Source: a virus
DNA: 42,748 bases
Virus record (IMG/VR): IMGVR_UViG_3300013383_000009
Location: 1 to 42,748 of that record
Direction: 5' to 3' (one strand)
In this document: positions 13,915 through 24,167 of the stretch, piece by piece
Position numbering within the stretch: the first letter of the stretch is position 1
Layout: each line of letters opens with the position of its first letter
Notes under the pieces: generated by a model
What the model saw: only the letters and a program-made list of their open reading frames with translations
What the model was told of the DNA's origin: nothing
Databases searched by the model: none
Program-made: the position numbers and the translations under genes

Positions 13915-15588
13915 TTAACTGATGATTACATCTTTGTCATCGTCCGCCTGGATAATCACGTTGCCGATCATAATGGCGGACACGGTAAGACGTTTGGCTA
14001 TCACGCCTTCCGAGGTGATTTCTAACTCCGCTATGTTGTCCCGAAGAAACTGGAGTGTGTTATTGGCAAGGAGTAGGCTTATCGGGCTGTCAGATTTGCC
14101 AATAACAATGCCGTCATCGCCGACTGTAAACGATGTTGTGACCTTTTCCAGCTCTGTCCCAAAGCCGCTTATCTCAGCGCGAATGCCATCCGCACTCTGC
14201 GAAATCATGCTTTCGGCGGTAGCGCTGCTGATTTTAGATTCCAGCTTCCCGTTGATAAAGGTCAGCGCATCGGAAAGTCCATCAACAGCATCCTGCGAAA
14301 CAGATCCAATAACCAGTGATGTGCCGGCAATCCTACCATCATCCGTAAGGGCGATGTTGCTGATGGTCTTACCGCCATCGGCGGAAAAGCCCAGGCCACC
14401 GTCGGACATGATCCACATCTTGGTATCATCTTCCACGGTGGGCGTATTGCGGAGCTGCCAGCCGGTGGGGTAGCCGTCCTCATCATAGTTGATCTCGAAA
14501 TATCCGCCCTTGGCCCCGATGATTTTTTCCGTGGCGCTCTTAAACGCTTCCCGTACTGCGTCGTACTGCTGCTGTACCTTTTTTTGTGTAGGAGATTCCA
14601 CGGAGTACTCCGCGTCCTCGGTGCCATAGCAGGTGATGTCAGCGGACATGCCGCCCTTAATTGTCATGCGCTGCTCCATGACGTAGACCGTCATAGCCTT
14701 GCCGTCTCGCCCGGTCACGGTCACGCTGTCCCCGGCCTCCACGGCGGGGTTTCCGCGCCACTTGAGCTTACAGGGCATAAGGGACTTGCCGGAAATTTGA
14801 GCAAGCACCACTGCGGCCTGCTCGGCGGTCATATAGGGGTTGGTGGATGTGATGCCCAGCCCTGTGCCGACGCTGATGGGGTTTTCCTTCGTACCGGTCA
14901 GTAGGCTGTTGATGGTAAATGCGCTGTCGGCGGTCAGCTCCAGGCCGTCCATATACTGGACGTCCCATCCAAGTGTCAAGCCACTGTCGGCGTACCAGCA
15001 AAACACAAGGTTGCCTGTGGCGTCAAACTTTGCGTTGCATCCAATCAGCCCGGCCAGCCATCCTAACTGCTGCCGCAGAGAACCGGAATAGGGTGTGGCG
15101 ATTTGTATGTCCGGCATAGTCACGCTGGGCGCGGTCACACGAGCCTGGGTGCAAATGTCTACAAGCATCTGCGTCGGCGTGGCCGGGAATGTGATAGTGG
15201 GCATATAGTCCTCTGTCAGCCCAGCCATACGGTCGTAGCCTGTGACAGTTACCCACAGCTTCCCACTATCCTCTACGCCATCTGAAGGGATGTAGTATTT
15301 ACCCTTTTGCACATACTGGGCTTTACCGCCCACCATGATACCGGCAGAGGGGATAAAATACGCACCGTTCAGCGGCAGATTGTCCTGCTTGTAGAATGTA
15401 ATCTTGCAGCTGGACGAAAACGCCGCGCCGATGGTCACGCCGTCCGAGGAGCCAAACTGCTCCGTTACAACAATCTCCTGTATCTCCGATGCTGGAAGGT
15501 CTGTCGTCCCGTTGAAATTTACCTTGCTGGTTATTTCACGCCCCGGCGCAGAACACGCGGCGTTAAATGCGTCTGTTACAGTATGCAT
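13915..15588 (-). CDS. Tail-associated (Tal-position) protein
   Basis: 557 aa, second ORF after the tape measure. The call rests on position and size. Confidence 0.8.
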   Translation of the reverse strand: MHTVTDAFNAACSAPGREITSKVNFNGTTDLPASEIQEIVVTEQFGSSDGVTIGAAFSSSCKITFYKQDNLPLNGAYFIPSAGIMVGGKAQYVQKGKYYIPSDGVEDSGKLWVTVTGYDRMAGLTEDYMPTITFPATPTQMLVDICTQARVTAPSVTMPDIQIATPYSGSLRQQLGWLAGLIGCNAKFDATGNLVFCWYADSGLTLGWDVQYMDGLELTADSAFTINSLLTGTKENPISVGTGLGITSTNPYMTAEQAAVVLAQISGKSLMPCKLKWRGNPAVEAGDSVTVTGRDGKAMTVYVMEQRMTIKGGMSADITCYGTEDAEYSVESPTQKKVQQQYDAVREAFKSATEKIIGAKGGYFEINYDEDGYPTGWQLRNTPTVEDDTKMWIMSDGGLGFSADGGKTISNIALTDDGRIAGTSLVIGSVSQDAVDGLSDALTFINGKLESKISSATAESMISQSADGIRAEISGFGTELEKVTTSFTVGDDGIVIGKSDSPISLLLANNTLQFLRDNIAELEITSEGVIAKRLTVSAIMIGNVIIQADDDKDVIIS

Positions 15589-15591
15589 GGC

Positions 15592-15966
15592 TCACCTCTC
15601 GATGAAGTTCATGGATATTTCGCCCCATAGCCACGTTCCATCCGTCTCAGGGCGCAGAATGGGCGCAGAACGATCACCCACATAGCAGGTGATCGTTCTG
15701 TTGGTTCCCGTAAGCGCATCCGGGTATGTAAGCTTGAAAAACGGCTCGCTGACGGCTGACAAAAGCGCCGACATGTCTGCGGCACTCATCGGTAGCCAGG
15801 AGCACTCAATCTTTCGCTTGACCGCCACGCGGTCGCGGAACAGGTCGCCGTTTTGATTTCGCCCGCTGCCGTCGCCGTCCAGGTCAGAAATGCTCCATTT
15901 TATCTCGGCGGGAGCAGGTAAAACAACGACCGTCCCGGCATTCTTGGTAACTTTTAATACGTCCAT
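15592..15966 (-). CDS. Distal-tail-position protein
   Basis: 124 aa, directly downstream of the tape measure. Confidence 0.7.
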   Translation of the reverse strand: MDVLKVTKNAGTVVVLPAPAEIKWSISDLDGDGSGRNQNGDLFRDRVAVKRKIECSWLPMSAADMSALLSAVSEPFFKLTYPDALTGTNRTITCYVGDRSAPILRPETDGTWLWGEISMNFIER

Positions 15967-15975
15967 TACTGCTCC

Positions 15976-18282
15976 TTACACCACCAGCGGGCTTGCGCCG
16001 GTGGCACGCACCACAGCGTTGTTTTCTTTCACAATAGTGTCAAATATTTTTTTGCCGTTCACGCTGTCCAGCACGATCGTGATATGATTTACTCCGCCGC
16101 CGTTTTTGACTTCCTCCCGGACGATCTGGCGGATCAGATCGGCGGGAGCCTCGATGTTCGTGCCGTGCTTTTGGTCGCCCAACACGGCCAGGAATTCCCG
16201 ATTTGCGGGGATGACAGCGCCCTGGGCCAGGCGGGGAATATGGACATTGCCCCAATTGACCCGGCCAATGTTCACGCCGGGGATCTTGTTCAAGATGCCC
16301 GTGATGCCATTTACCATATCGCTTACGCCGCCCAGCACCCAGTTAATGCCCCGTTCAATACCCGAGATCAAGCCGTTCATAATGGTTTTCCCAAGGTTCA
16401 GCCACCAGGCCGAAGTGAATACGGGGGCAATATAGGCGTTCCAGAATTCTTTGATTTTTTGCCAGACGTATTTAATCTTGTCTCGGATGAAATCCCAATT
16501 GGGTGCGATTGCCGCCGCCAAACTAACGCCACCGGCAAGCAACATTCCAATGCCCAGGGGTATTCCCACGCCCGAAAAAATAAGCATAAGCCCGAGGACA
16601 ACAAGAAAACCGCCGATCATAGCAAGAGTTTTGCCAAGAGGACCCCGAAGTGCCTGCGTAATACTGTCCCAATTGGGCGCAATTACGGAAAACGCAAACA
16701 TGGCGATTCCGGCAACGATCATGCCAATGCCCACAGCCATCATACCGGGCACCATTGCCAGCAAAAGGCCAAACACAACAATATACGGGGAAATTTGTCT
16801 GAATATTTTCGTGAGTGCTTCGGTCATATTTTGGCCAAGCAGCTCCCAGTTCGCCGCCACTTCCCCCACAGCAAACAGCGCAATACCGGCAATAATCAAG
16901 CCAATACCAAGTGCCTGCTGCCCGGGGACAAACAGCAGCACGGCACCAAACAGCGCAATGTAAGGGGAAATGTCGATTAACATATTTGCAAGGGCTCCCA
17001 CAAGGTTTGTGCTGAGCAGATCCCAGTTTTCCGCCACTTCCCCGACGGCGAACAGTGCAATACCGGCAATCAGCAGGCCAAGGCCCATAGGGATATTCCC
17101 GGTCATCATGAGCACCACGCCGAGAATAGCAATCATCGGGCCGATAGCAATCAGAATTTTTGAAAGACCCGTTTCTACAAGCGTCTTTGCTGCCTCTCCG
17201 CCGTCGGATGCATAAACACCGTATACTGTCAACGCGCCCGCAACCATCATCGCAATGCCTACCCCGACATGGCCGGAAAAAGCAAGGATGGCTCCAATTG
17301 CAAGCAGCGCAACGCCTGTCATTAGGGCCATTACGGCATTTACGCCGCTCCCAATATCGCTATCAAAGTTAACTGCATTCCCGCCGCTTTCGCTCCCGCC
17401 TCCTGCGTCGTCGCCGCTTATTGTGTTAAGCTCGTCAAACGGTGCCAAATACTTGCTTGCTTTTTTTGCCGCGCTCCCTACACCCTCGATGGCGTTTTGC
17501 TGATCGTTTAGGCTTTTTGCCGCCTTTTTCGAGGCGCTATAAGTTGAGCCAAAAAGCAAGGACAACAGACGAGACGCACCGGTCAGTGTATATGTGATGA
17601 TTTTTGCCAGGGCCGTAAAGGCGGGGATCGCAATATTGACAATCGGTTGCGCCAGTGTGCGCAGCTCGCCTTTTAGTCGAGCTACCGCATTCATAGCATC
17701 ATCATTTGTCTGTATGGCAGACCACATATACTGCTTAATTCTCCGCAGCGCGGCGGTAATAATTGTAAATATAAATACCCGCTTAGCAAGGCCCTTAATG
17801 CGCCCGACCAGTTTGTTGAAACTTTTTTCTGCTTTTTCAGCTGCAGGAGATAACGCCTTTGTTGCCGGGGCAAGTGCCTGGGCGGATTTTTGCGCCCCTG
17901 CAACCTGTTTTTGTAAATCTGCGGCTTTTTCTTTTGCCGCATTTAATCTGCGTTCGGTTTCTCTAATTTTTTCATTTGCTTTATCCACTTTATCTGCAGC
18001 AGCGTCAAATTCTTTTTGTAAAGCAGATACATTTTTTTCTTGTTCGAAAATAGAATCGGATGTAAAAAACTCTTGTCCGCTTTTCATGTATTCCAATTTT
18101 GCTTTTGCTGCATCTAATTGTGCGCCGAGCTGCGCAGATTGACTTACAAGAGCGGTTTTTCCTGTGTTTTGTTCCTTCAGCTTTTCGGATATTCTTTCTA
18201 TTTTCTGCGTAATGGAGTTAAGCTCTTTCTGCGCCTGCTTGTCATCAACGTTCACTTCCACCACGACAGCCCCGTCCGCCAT
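15976..18282 (-). CDS. Tape measure protein
   Basis: 768 aa. N-terminal coiled coil and a central block of repeated hydrophobic segments (IAGIALFAVGEVA.NW.LL...). Conserved position after the chaperones. Confidence 0.92.
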   Translation of the reverse strand: MADGAVVVEVNVDDKQAQKELNSITQKIERISEKLKEQNTGKTALVSQSAQLGAQLDAAKAKLEYMKSGQEFFTSDSIFEQEKNVSALQKEFDAAADKVDKANEKIRETERRLNAAKEKAADLQKQVAGAQKSAQALAPATKALSPAAEKAEKSFNKLVGRIKGLAKRVFIFTIITAALRRIKQYMWSAIQTNDDAMNAVARLKGELRTLAQPIVNIAIPAFTALAKIITYTLTGASRLLSLLFGSTYSASKKAAKSLNDQQNAIEGVGSAAKKASKYLAPFDELNTISGDDAGGGSESGGNAVNFDSDIGSGVNAVMALMTGVALLAIGAILAFSGHVGVGIAMMVAGALTVYGVYASDGGEAAKTLVETGLSKILIAIGPMIAILGVVLMMTGNIPMGLGLLIAGIALFAVGEVAENWDLLSTNLVGALANMLIDISPYIALFGAVLLFVPGQQALGIGLIIAGIALFAVGEVAANWELLGQNMTEALTKIFRQISPYIVVFGLLLAMVPGMMAVGIGMIVAGIAMFAFSVIAPNWDSITQALRGPLGKTLAMIGGFLVVLGLMLIFSGVGIPLGIGMLLAGGVSLAAAIAPNWDFIRDKIKYVWQKIKEFWNAYIAPVFTSAWWLNLGKTIMNGLISGIERGINWVLGGVSDMVNGITGILNKIPGVNIGRVNWGNVHIPRLAQGAVIPANREFLAVLGDQKHGTNIEAPADLIRQIVREEVKNGGGVNHITIVLDSVNGKKIFDTIVKENNAVVRATGASPLVV

Positions 18283-18305
18283 AAAATCACCTCGTTTCGC
18301 AGGCC

Positions 18306-18854
18306 TTACACCCAGCGGCTGATTATATCATCATCTTCTTCTGTGTACTTGCGCTTAAAGTCCACAAGATGCTTATTTTGCTTGTAAAATTCCTGATCGG
18401 ATTTATCCAGCTTTTGATTTTTGGATTTCTTTTTTCGGATGCTTACCACTTGGGCAAATGTGCAATCACCTATTTCCTGGTATGCGGCTATAAATGTCCA
18501 CCAGTGCAAATATTCAAGGGAGCGGATTTCCGTTCCAAGAACGCGATTTATGGGGCTTGCAATCGTCGGGAAATCCTGCTGCCAATCCATGAGTTTAGGG
18601 CGCTTTTCATCCCGGCATTCTTCCTCGCCGCAATTGATAAAGAATATGCATTGCCGCACCGCGTTCTCATATTCCATGTATGGGATATTCTCGTAATCCG
18701 GGTAAAACATTTCCATCACTGCCTCTGCCTTATCGGCACTGTCAAGCTCCGGATCAGCAAGCATTTCCAAAATATCCAAGATTTCCCGATAATCAGAGCG
18801 GATGGCGTATTCCTTACCGCCCAGCTCCACAGATTTTGGCAGGCTGTATCTCAT
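18306..18854 (-). CDS. Tail assembly protein (bacteriophage Gp15-like)
   Basis: 182 aa between the chaperone and the tape measure. MRYSLPKSVELGGKEYAIRSDYREILDI resembles the Gp15 family, by eye. Confidence 0.75.
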   Translation of the reverse strand: MRYSLPKSVELGGKEYAIRSDYREILDILEMLADPELDSADKAEAVMEMFYPDYENIPYMEYENAVRQCIFFINCGEEECRDEKRPKLMDWQQDFPTIASPINRVLGTEIRSLEYLHWWTFIAAYQEIGDCTFAQVVSIRKKKSKNQKLDKSDQEFYKQNKHLVDFKRKYTEEDDDIISRWV

Positions 18855-19291
18855 TTGTGGTACTTCTTGGTGTACTTGCTAATGCGCGGGTTGGTAAGCT
18901 TCTGTTCCCGGGCATACGCAGTATCCATTTCGTCCACCAGCGCAAAAAGCAAATTTGCCCAAATAGGAAATCCGTTTGCCAGTGCGTAAAGATTCAGCTC
19001 ACCAAAAAGCGGGGTGCAAATATCAAACCCGAATACTTCTCCGTTGATGATCTCCCGCATTTCCCGGTCCATCTTTTGGCCAATGTCAAAAATTTCCTTT
19101 TTATCGGCGTTTTTTTGCACTTCGTCCTTATAACCCTCGTTCATTTTGTCGAGTTTTTCAAACGCAGAAAAAAGCCGGCGAGACAGGCCCATATCCAGCG
19201 GGTTAAACGCAAATTCACATTCTTTCCCGTCGGTAGTCACAAAAGTTTTAGTGACTACGCCGGTATCAATTTTGATGATATTTTCGCTCAT
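18851..19291 (-). CDS. Tail assembly chaperone
   Basis: ATG (MSENIIK...) 5 nt after GGAGGA. Lies between the major tail protein and the Gp15-like gene. Confidence 0.75.
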   Translation of the reverse strand: MSENIIKIDTGVVTKTFVTTDGKECEFAFNPLDMGLSRRLFSAFEKLDKMNEGYKDEVQKNADKKEIFDIGQKMDREMREIINGEVFGFDICTPLFGELNLYALANGFPIWANLLFALVDEMDTAYAREQKLTNPRISKYTKKYHK

Positions 19292-19353
19292 GGTGTCCTC
19301 CGATTTATTTGTATATTGCGTGATAATGGGGCGGGAAACCCCGCCCATATTTT

Positions 19354-19878
19354 TTACTGTGCGACAGTAAACTCGATCTTGCCGGTAGTGCCCTTCGCCA
19401 CGGTTCCCAAAGTGCGGGTCCCGCCGTAGGTAATCTCACTGGCGATGTTTAGTGTACCGCCGCCCTCGCCGCCGATGGAAGTAACGGCAATGGCGCAGGA
19501 ATCATAACGCTCGGCAAACTTTGCATCGCCGCTGGTGGCGTAAAAATGCCCGATCATCATGTCCTGGTTGGCCAACGCCTGCGCATCGTGGTCTTTTACG
19601 GCCAAATTCCACATCTTCACGGCTGCAGCATCGCCGGCATCCAAGGGGATGGGGTCAAAGGTCTGTGTAATAACGGGCTTTTTCATGGTTGTGAATGTGT
19701 TCCCAAGCACATCCTGCTTGCTCTCCTGGCTCCAATCCATTTCCTCGCTGGTGTCCTCTACCCGCTTGCCGATAGCGCTCCACACAGGGGCCTCGGCGGA
19801 GCCCGTATTCAGGTATGCGATCAAAAGTTCGCGGTCAATGGTCTGACCTTCCGGTGTTGTAAAAGTCAAATCTGGCAT
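19354..19878 (-). CDS. Major tail protein
   Basis: 174 aa in the conserved position. No sheath gene is present, which points to a siphovirus-type tail. Confidence 0.85.
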   Translation of the reverse strand: MPDLTFTTPEGQTIDRELLIAYLNTGSAEAPVWSAIGKRVEDTSEEMDWSQESKQDVLGNTFTTMKKPVITQTFDPIPLDAGDAAAVKMWNLAVKDHDAQALANQDMMIGHFYATSGDAKFAERYDSCAIAVTSIGGEGGGTLNIASEITYGGTRTLGTVAKGTTGKIEFTVAQ

Positions 19879-20324
19879 TATGTATTCACCTCGTAATTCA
19901 TTTTCATTAGGATTTGATGATCTTCGTCGCCGTTTTCATACACGGCAAACAAAGACGATCTTGTAGTAGGCTCCAGGCTTACAACGCGTTTCCCGGTACC
20001 AATGTCGGGGCGCTTGCCGGTCGCCCAATCTCCGATAGCGTTTAGCGTTTCATCCGCTGACAGCCGTTTGTCCATGCTGTTGCCCGGCTTAACCCGGTAA
20101 ATGATTTTGAATTGGTATTCCGCTTGGTAGCCCCCTAAAACATATCGTTTAACGATATAGGCCGCCTGGATGGTAGAAATGGCCATTGCGGCGGTGTCGG
20201 CGGGCAGAAACTCAAATCGTATCAAATCTACCGGCAAATCCGGATATGTGTTCAGCCAAACCAGCAGCTTGCGAGATACCTTGTCTTCTTCCGCTGCCGA
20301 TACGGTTTTTTTAACTTTGTCCAA
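19878..20324 (-). CDS. Tail terminator / head-tail joining protein
   Basis: There is no in-frame ATG near the 5' end. TTG at 20324 (LDKVKKTVS...) is the best start. Function inferred from position. Confidence 0.6.
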   Translation of the reverse strand: MDKVKKTVSAAEEDKVSRKLLVWLNTYPDLPVDLIRFEFLPADTAAMAISTIQAAYIVKRYVLGGYQAEYQFKIIYRVKPGNSMDKRLSADETLNAIGDWATGKRPDIGTGKRVVSLEPTTRSSLFAVYENGDEDHQILMKMNYEVNT

Positions 20325-20730
20325 ATTTTTCCACCGCCTTTTCAGCTGCGCGCAGCCATTTATCCAAGTTCTGAGCCTTGGATGCCTCAAACCAGTGGGA
20401 TTGTGCTTGCGGATGCATAGCCTTGGAAAACACAAGGTTTCGGTCTGTCACAACCTTTGTCCCGCCCTTCGGCGCGTAGGTGCTGCCGGTTTGCGGATCA
20501 ACCATGACTTTGCCGTAGTACAAAAACCGCGCATACGGCCCAGGGTAAATAATTTTATTCCCGTCTAACCTCGTCCGTATTGTTAGAGAACCTGTAAGCG
20601 CGGGAACAAATGGGGCAGTATCTTTCATGACCTGCTGGCCCACAATGCTTTCCGCCCGGGTACAGTTATCAGCCAGTTTGTCCCTGATGGACTTCATACC
20701 GTCAAAATGCATCGAAAAGGTAACGCCCAC
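20311..20730 (-). CDS. Tail completion / HK97 gp10-like minor structural protein
   Basis: GTG at 20730 lies 7 nt after AGGTGG. The YARFLYYGK motif is typical of this family. Confidence 0.75.
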   Translation of the reverse strand: MGVTFSMHFDGMKSIRDKLADNCTRAESIVGQQVMKDTAPFVPALTGSLTIRTRLDGNKIIYPGPYARFLYYGKVMVDPQTGSTYAPKGGTKVVTDRNLVFSKAMHPQAQSHWFEASKAQNLDKWLRAAEKAVEKFGQS

Positions 20731-21180
20731 TTATTTGCCACCTACTTCCCAATGCTGCATATCCGCGCTGCCAAAGTCTTTTGCGTCAACCTTAGTCACA
20801 TTCCAGCAATTATCGTGCGCCAATGCCACGCCCTCGTTGTCCGTTACAAATTCGCCTTTGACAAAAAATGTATCGCCACCGTTGCCGGTGGTAGATAGCG
20901 TCCATAGGCCCGCCCTGTCGCTTGAGGCAAAAAATGCTTGCGGCTCTGTATATGTCTTGGGCTTTCCGCTAAATCCATCCACAGCTTTTACCGTAAATGG
21001 GATATACAGGTTTACTGCGTCGGCGCCTTCAAGCCCGCTTTTGCGCACGTTAACTCCCTTTGCCGCCTCGCAGAACACGCCATCAAGCACGGTTACATAT
21101 AGGTTTGTGACATCTTTTAGCGTGGCAGGGTCCGGTTCACGCACGACGTTGTAAACCGTTACAGTGTGGGGAGTGTACAT
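20731..21180 (-). CDS. Head closure / head-tail adaptor protein
   Basis: ATG (MYTPHTVTVYNV...) 6 nt after GGAGGTGG. Function inferred from position. Confidence 0.7.
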   Translation of the reverse strand: MYTPHTVTVYNVVREPDPATLKDVTNLYVTVLDGVFCEAAKGVNVRKSGLEGADAVNLYIPFTVKAVDGFSGKPKTYTEPQAFFASSDRAGLWTLSTTGNGGDTFFVKGEFVTDNEGVALAHDNCWNVTKVDAKDFGSADMQHWEVGGK

Positions 21181-21596
21181 CTGCAACCACCTCCGCGATA
21201 CAGCAGCCCTGTATGGGCAAAGTATTCCGTGCAAGTTTCGGCGAGCATTTTCCGCGCGTTATCCGTGGCGCCCAGAGCAGCTGCAGCTGATTCACCGCCC
21301 GTCGCAAGTGTGCGGGAATAACCTCCCACAGTCTCGCTTTTGACTTCTGCGTCATTAGCGGCAGCACTCGCAAGATTCTTCATGGCAAGCGCCTGCGCAG
21401 CTTCGATGACTGCGTACTTGTCGACCAGCGCGCAGCAACACATCTTTACAGCGTCCATATCAGCGTTGTTTTTCGCCCGGTTTTGGGTGTAGTAATCGAG
21501 GAAGGAGCTGGCCCGAACAGCCAGACGCGGAAAATCTTCCTCGCTCACAGAACCCATATAGATTCCGGCGTAGTATGTATAATCAGCGTATGTCAT
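21159..21596 (-). CDS. Head-tail connector (gp6-like)
   Basis: 145 aa directly after the capsid gene. N-terminal YADYTYYAGIY...SEEDFPRLAVRAS is typical of gp6-like connectors. Confidence 0.75.
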   Translation of the reverse strand: MTYADYTYYAGIYMGSVSEEDFPRLAVRASSFLDYYTQNRAKNNADMDAVKMCCCALVDKYAVIEAAQALAMKNLASAAANDAEVKSETVGGYSRTLATGGESAAAALGATDNARKMLAETCTEYFAHTGLLYRGGGCRCTLPTL

Positions 21597-21616
21597 ACGG
21601 GTCAGCTCCTTTCAAA

Positions 21617-22828
21617 TCAAGAAACGGTAACGGTAGCAGTTCCGGTCTTGGTGCCGTCCTGCTTGGACTTGGCCGTGACGGTGATACTGGTCTTAGTCTC
21701 AGCGGAGGCGATAGTCAGCAAGCCGTCTTCGCTGATCTTAGACTTTGCGCCATCCTGGCTCCACTCGACCTCGCCGTTGATGATGCCCTCGCCGGTAACG
21801 ACAGCAGTAAACGCCTTGCTGTCGCCCTTTGCCACGGTGGCGGTGGCAGGAGACACGGTTACAGAGGACACGGTGCCCGCCTTCCCATACACAGAGAAGG
21901 GGAACGGGTTGGCAATTTCGGCGTTGTAAGCGTTGATGGGGTTTGCAATCTCCCAGCCAAGGCGCATAACGGCACGCAGCGCGACCATATCGTTTTGCAT
22001 GAGGTTGTAGGTAATGGCCTTGGTGCTGGGGTCCTGAATAACGCCCTCGGAGAAAATCTTAAAGGTCATATCCTGCCGAATGGCGTAGACAAGCTGGCTC
22101 CAGTCACCGACGATCATCTGCGCCTGGGAAGGATCGAACGCGCCGTTCATGGGGAAGTACATATCCATGCCGTCCAGGCCGTAGCGGGTAGACCCCTGCA
22201 TATCGGACTTGAAGATAGGCTGGCCGGTGGTGTCTTTCAGACCACGGAGCTTGCCGCGCATTTGGATGGCGGACATAACGCCGTTGGGGTTAAAGCCGTC
22301 CAGCTCGACCTTGGAGATCAGGCCGTTCTCGCCCATGATGTCGCTGAAAATGTCGGAGCTGATGGGCACACCGTTGCCGGCAGCGACAGCAGCAGGAACA
22401 ACGCCAGTGCGCCAAGTGCTCGGCTTGTTCGTGCCGAACAGGATAGCCGCGTCGATGACCTTGCCGAAAGCCTCGGTCAAACGGGGCTTGACCTCGCCCC
22501 AAATGTCATAGTCCGCATCGTCCAAAGCGGCTTCAGGGATGGGGACGATAACAGCGATCTCCTCGGCGTACAGCTTCTTCTTGTCCCACGCCATCTTGGT
22601 GGTCTGCTTGAATGCGTCGCCGGCGCCGCTGTCGGTAGCCTCGCCGTTCACGAAGTACGCGGAGGGCAGAGCATCCAGCACATTGATGGTTTGGGTCTTA
22701 CTGGACATGTTGGCCAGTCTGCGGCCCATACGAAGAACTGCGGATTCGGCGATAGCGCCCTGCATGATTTCACGGGATACGGGTTCCGGGATAAGACCGG
22801 AAAGTGCGGATCGATCAATAGTTGCCAT
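21617..22828 (-). CDS. Major capsid protein (HK97 fold) with C-terminal Ig-like (Big_2-type) domain
   Basis: 403 aa. The C-terminal ~85 aa (VTVSPATATVAKGDSKAFTAVVTGEG...TATVTVS) follow an Ig-like pattern. Confidence 0.92.
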   Translation of the reverse strand: MATIDRSALSGLIPEPVSREIMQGAIAESAVLRMGRRLANMSSKTQTINVLDALPSAYFVNGEATDSGAGDAFKQTTKMAWDKKKLYAEEIAVIVPIPEAALDDADYDIWGEVKPRLTEAFGKVIDAAILFGTNKPSTWRTGVVPAAVAAGNGVPISSDIFSDIMGENGLISKVELDGFNPNGVMSAIQMRGKLRGLKDTTGQPIFKSDMQGSTRYGLDGMDMYFPMNGAFDPSQAQMIVGDWSQLVYAIRQDMTFKIFSEGVIQDPSTKAITYNLMQNDMVALRAVMRLGWEIANPINAYNAEIANPFPFSVYGKAGTVSSVTVSPATATVAKGDSKAFTAVVTGEGIINGEVEWSQDGAKSKISEDGLLTIASAETKTSITVTAKSKQDGTKTGTATVTVS

Positions 22829-22843
22829 TTTTAAAACTCCTTT

Positions 22844-23350
22844 TTACTTTAGTGCGCTGCGAATCAGCGAGTTCATCGCAGCATTGGTTTCAGATTTTTT
22901 CCCGCCGCCGCCCGCAGGTGCCGTCCAATCAAACGTTACCTTTTGGCGGTTCTCCGTGAGCTTATCGACGGCCTGTTCAAAGGTGGTTTTGTCATCTACC
23001 ATTTTCAGCGCCTTAAACGCGACAAACTCCGCGTCATCGCCGGTCAGCCCTTTAGAAAGCACGTATTTGTCGCGCTTCATCTGCTCGATCTCCGCCTGTG
23101 CGGCGGTCAAGGCTGACTTGCTGTCCGCAAGCTCCTTATCGCGCTTTGCCTGCCGATCCTGCTCGGTCTGCTGGCCGTCTTTCCATGTGCGGTATGCGGT
23201 GATTTCTTCCTCGCTGGGGATGCCCTTCATTGCCTTTGCAAGGCGCTTGCCGATCATGGCATCCACTTCCTCCTGCGTGAAGGTCTTCGCAGGTGTGGCC
23301 TCCGGCGCATTGGCCGGGATCTGATTGGTATTGGGGCTAATTTCGCTCAT
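22844..23350 (-). CDS. Scaffolding protein
   Basis: 168 aa, acidic and coiled-coil, immediately upstream of the capsid gene. Confidence 0.85.
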   Translation of the reverse strand: MSEISPNTNQIPANAPEATPAKTFTQEEVDAMIGKRLAKAMKGIPSEEEITAYRTWKDGQQTEQDRQAKRDKELADSKSALTAAQAEIEQMKRDKYVLSKGLTGDDAEFVAFKALKMVDDKTTFEQAVDKLTENRQKVTFDWTAPAGGGGKKSETNAAMNSLIRSALK

Positions 23351-23416
23351 TTGATTTACCTCCGTTTATTTACTGGGCCGTCGCCCAGCGGTTTACCGCC
23401 TCTCGGCATGGGTTAA

Positions 23417-23462
23417 CAACAAAAAAGAGCCAACCTGTAAGAAACTCTTACAAGTTGGCTCT
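23417..23462 (-). terminator. Strong rho-independent terminator inside the head module
   Basis: 17-bp stem with one mismatch, agagccaac[c/t]tgtaaga. On the minus strand it is followed by TTTTTTGTTGTT. Confidence 0.75.
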
Positions 23463-23504
23463 TCGTGCCACTTCCGCGCGCTCAATTGCGCTTCGGGAAT
23501 GTAT

Positions 23505-23633
23505 TTACTTTTTCAGCTCCTCCGCCTTAATGACCTGCGCCTTGACGCTGCCATCTTTCATGCACTTCAGCTGCACCCGCAGGCCGTTTTTCAACGCCCG
23601 TTCAATGGCGGCTTTTAGTTTATCGTCGATCAT
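23505..23633 (-). CDS. Small hypothetical protein (42 aa, below the track cutoff)
   Basis: ATG at 23633 after AAGAGGTG. Translation: MIDDKLKAAIERALKNGLRVQLKCMKDGSVKAQVIKAEELKK. Confidence 0.5.
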   Translation of the reverse strand: MIDDKLKAAIERALKNGLRVQLKCMKDGSVKAQVIKAEELKK

Positions 23634-23643
23634 GCAGCACCTC

Positions 23644-23961
23644 TTAAGGAATTAAATCCGCAACACCCTTTGCTGCTTTATAGAGCCGTTTCATAATGGC
23701 ATTTTCCTGCAAATACTCCAACCCCTTCAGCGTTATGCGTATTTTGCGAGGATTTTTTAAGCAAAGATCGCCGGTCACGCTGGTATACAAATCCGCATTC
23801 TTGATAAGACCCGCATCTTGCAGCATTTCTAAGTACCGATATAAGCGTTCGGGGGAAACTCCCATCGTTTCAAATTGAAGATCTTCAATATTAAATGCGG
23901 GCAGGTCCATCGAACGCTCCAGCGCAACAAGTAATTTGTAAATTGCCTTAAAGTTATCCAT
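23644..23961 (-). CDS. YjcQ-like protein
   Basis: 105 aa. ...YRYLEMLQDAGLIKN...ITLKGLEYLQEN resembles the YjcQ family, by eye. Confidence 0.7.
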   Translation of the reverse strand: MDNFKAIYKLLVALERSMDLPAFNIEDLQFETMGVSPERLYRYLEMLQDAGLIKNADLYTSVTGDLCLKNPRKIRITLKGLEYLQENAIMKRLYKAAKGVADLIP

Positions 23962-24167
23962 TACCCAATCACCTCAATGCTCTCGATTTCTTCCGGATAA
24001 AAAATCTTGATTTCGCCGCTATCCGCTTCTATTACTATGTTATCTTGGTCATCGTCAGATTCAAGCGCATCTAATACAGCAATTACCTTGCCCTCAAACA
24101 ATTCGCCCATTGCTGTCAAAAGTTTTACGCGTGGAAGTTGATTTGCATAATCCCATATGTTTACCAT
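23961..24167 (-). CDS. Hypothetical small acidic protein
   Basis: 68 aa, tightly packed between the MuF-like and YjcQ-like genes. Confidence 0.65.
   Translation of the reverse strand: MVNIWDYANQLPRVKLLTAMGELFEGKVIAVLDALESDDDQDNIVIEADSGEIKIFYPEEIESIEVIG

Noticed and set aside
18851-18860. Possible programmed -1 frameshift between the two tail chaperone-position genes.
   Set aside because: The ORFs are joined by a simple ATGA stop/start overlap. I see no slippery heptamer upstream, and the second ORF has its own ATG, so it looks like ordinary translational coupling.
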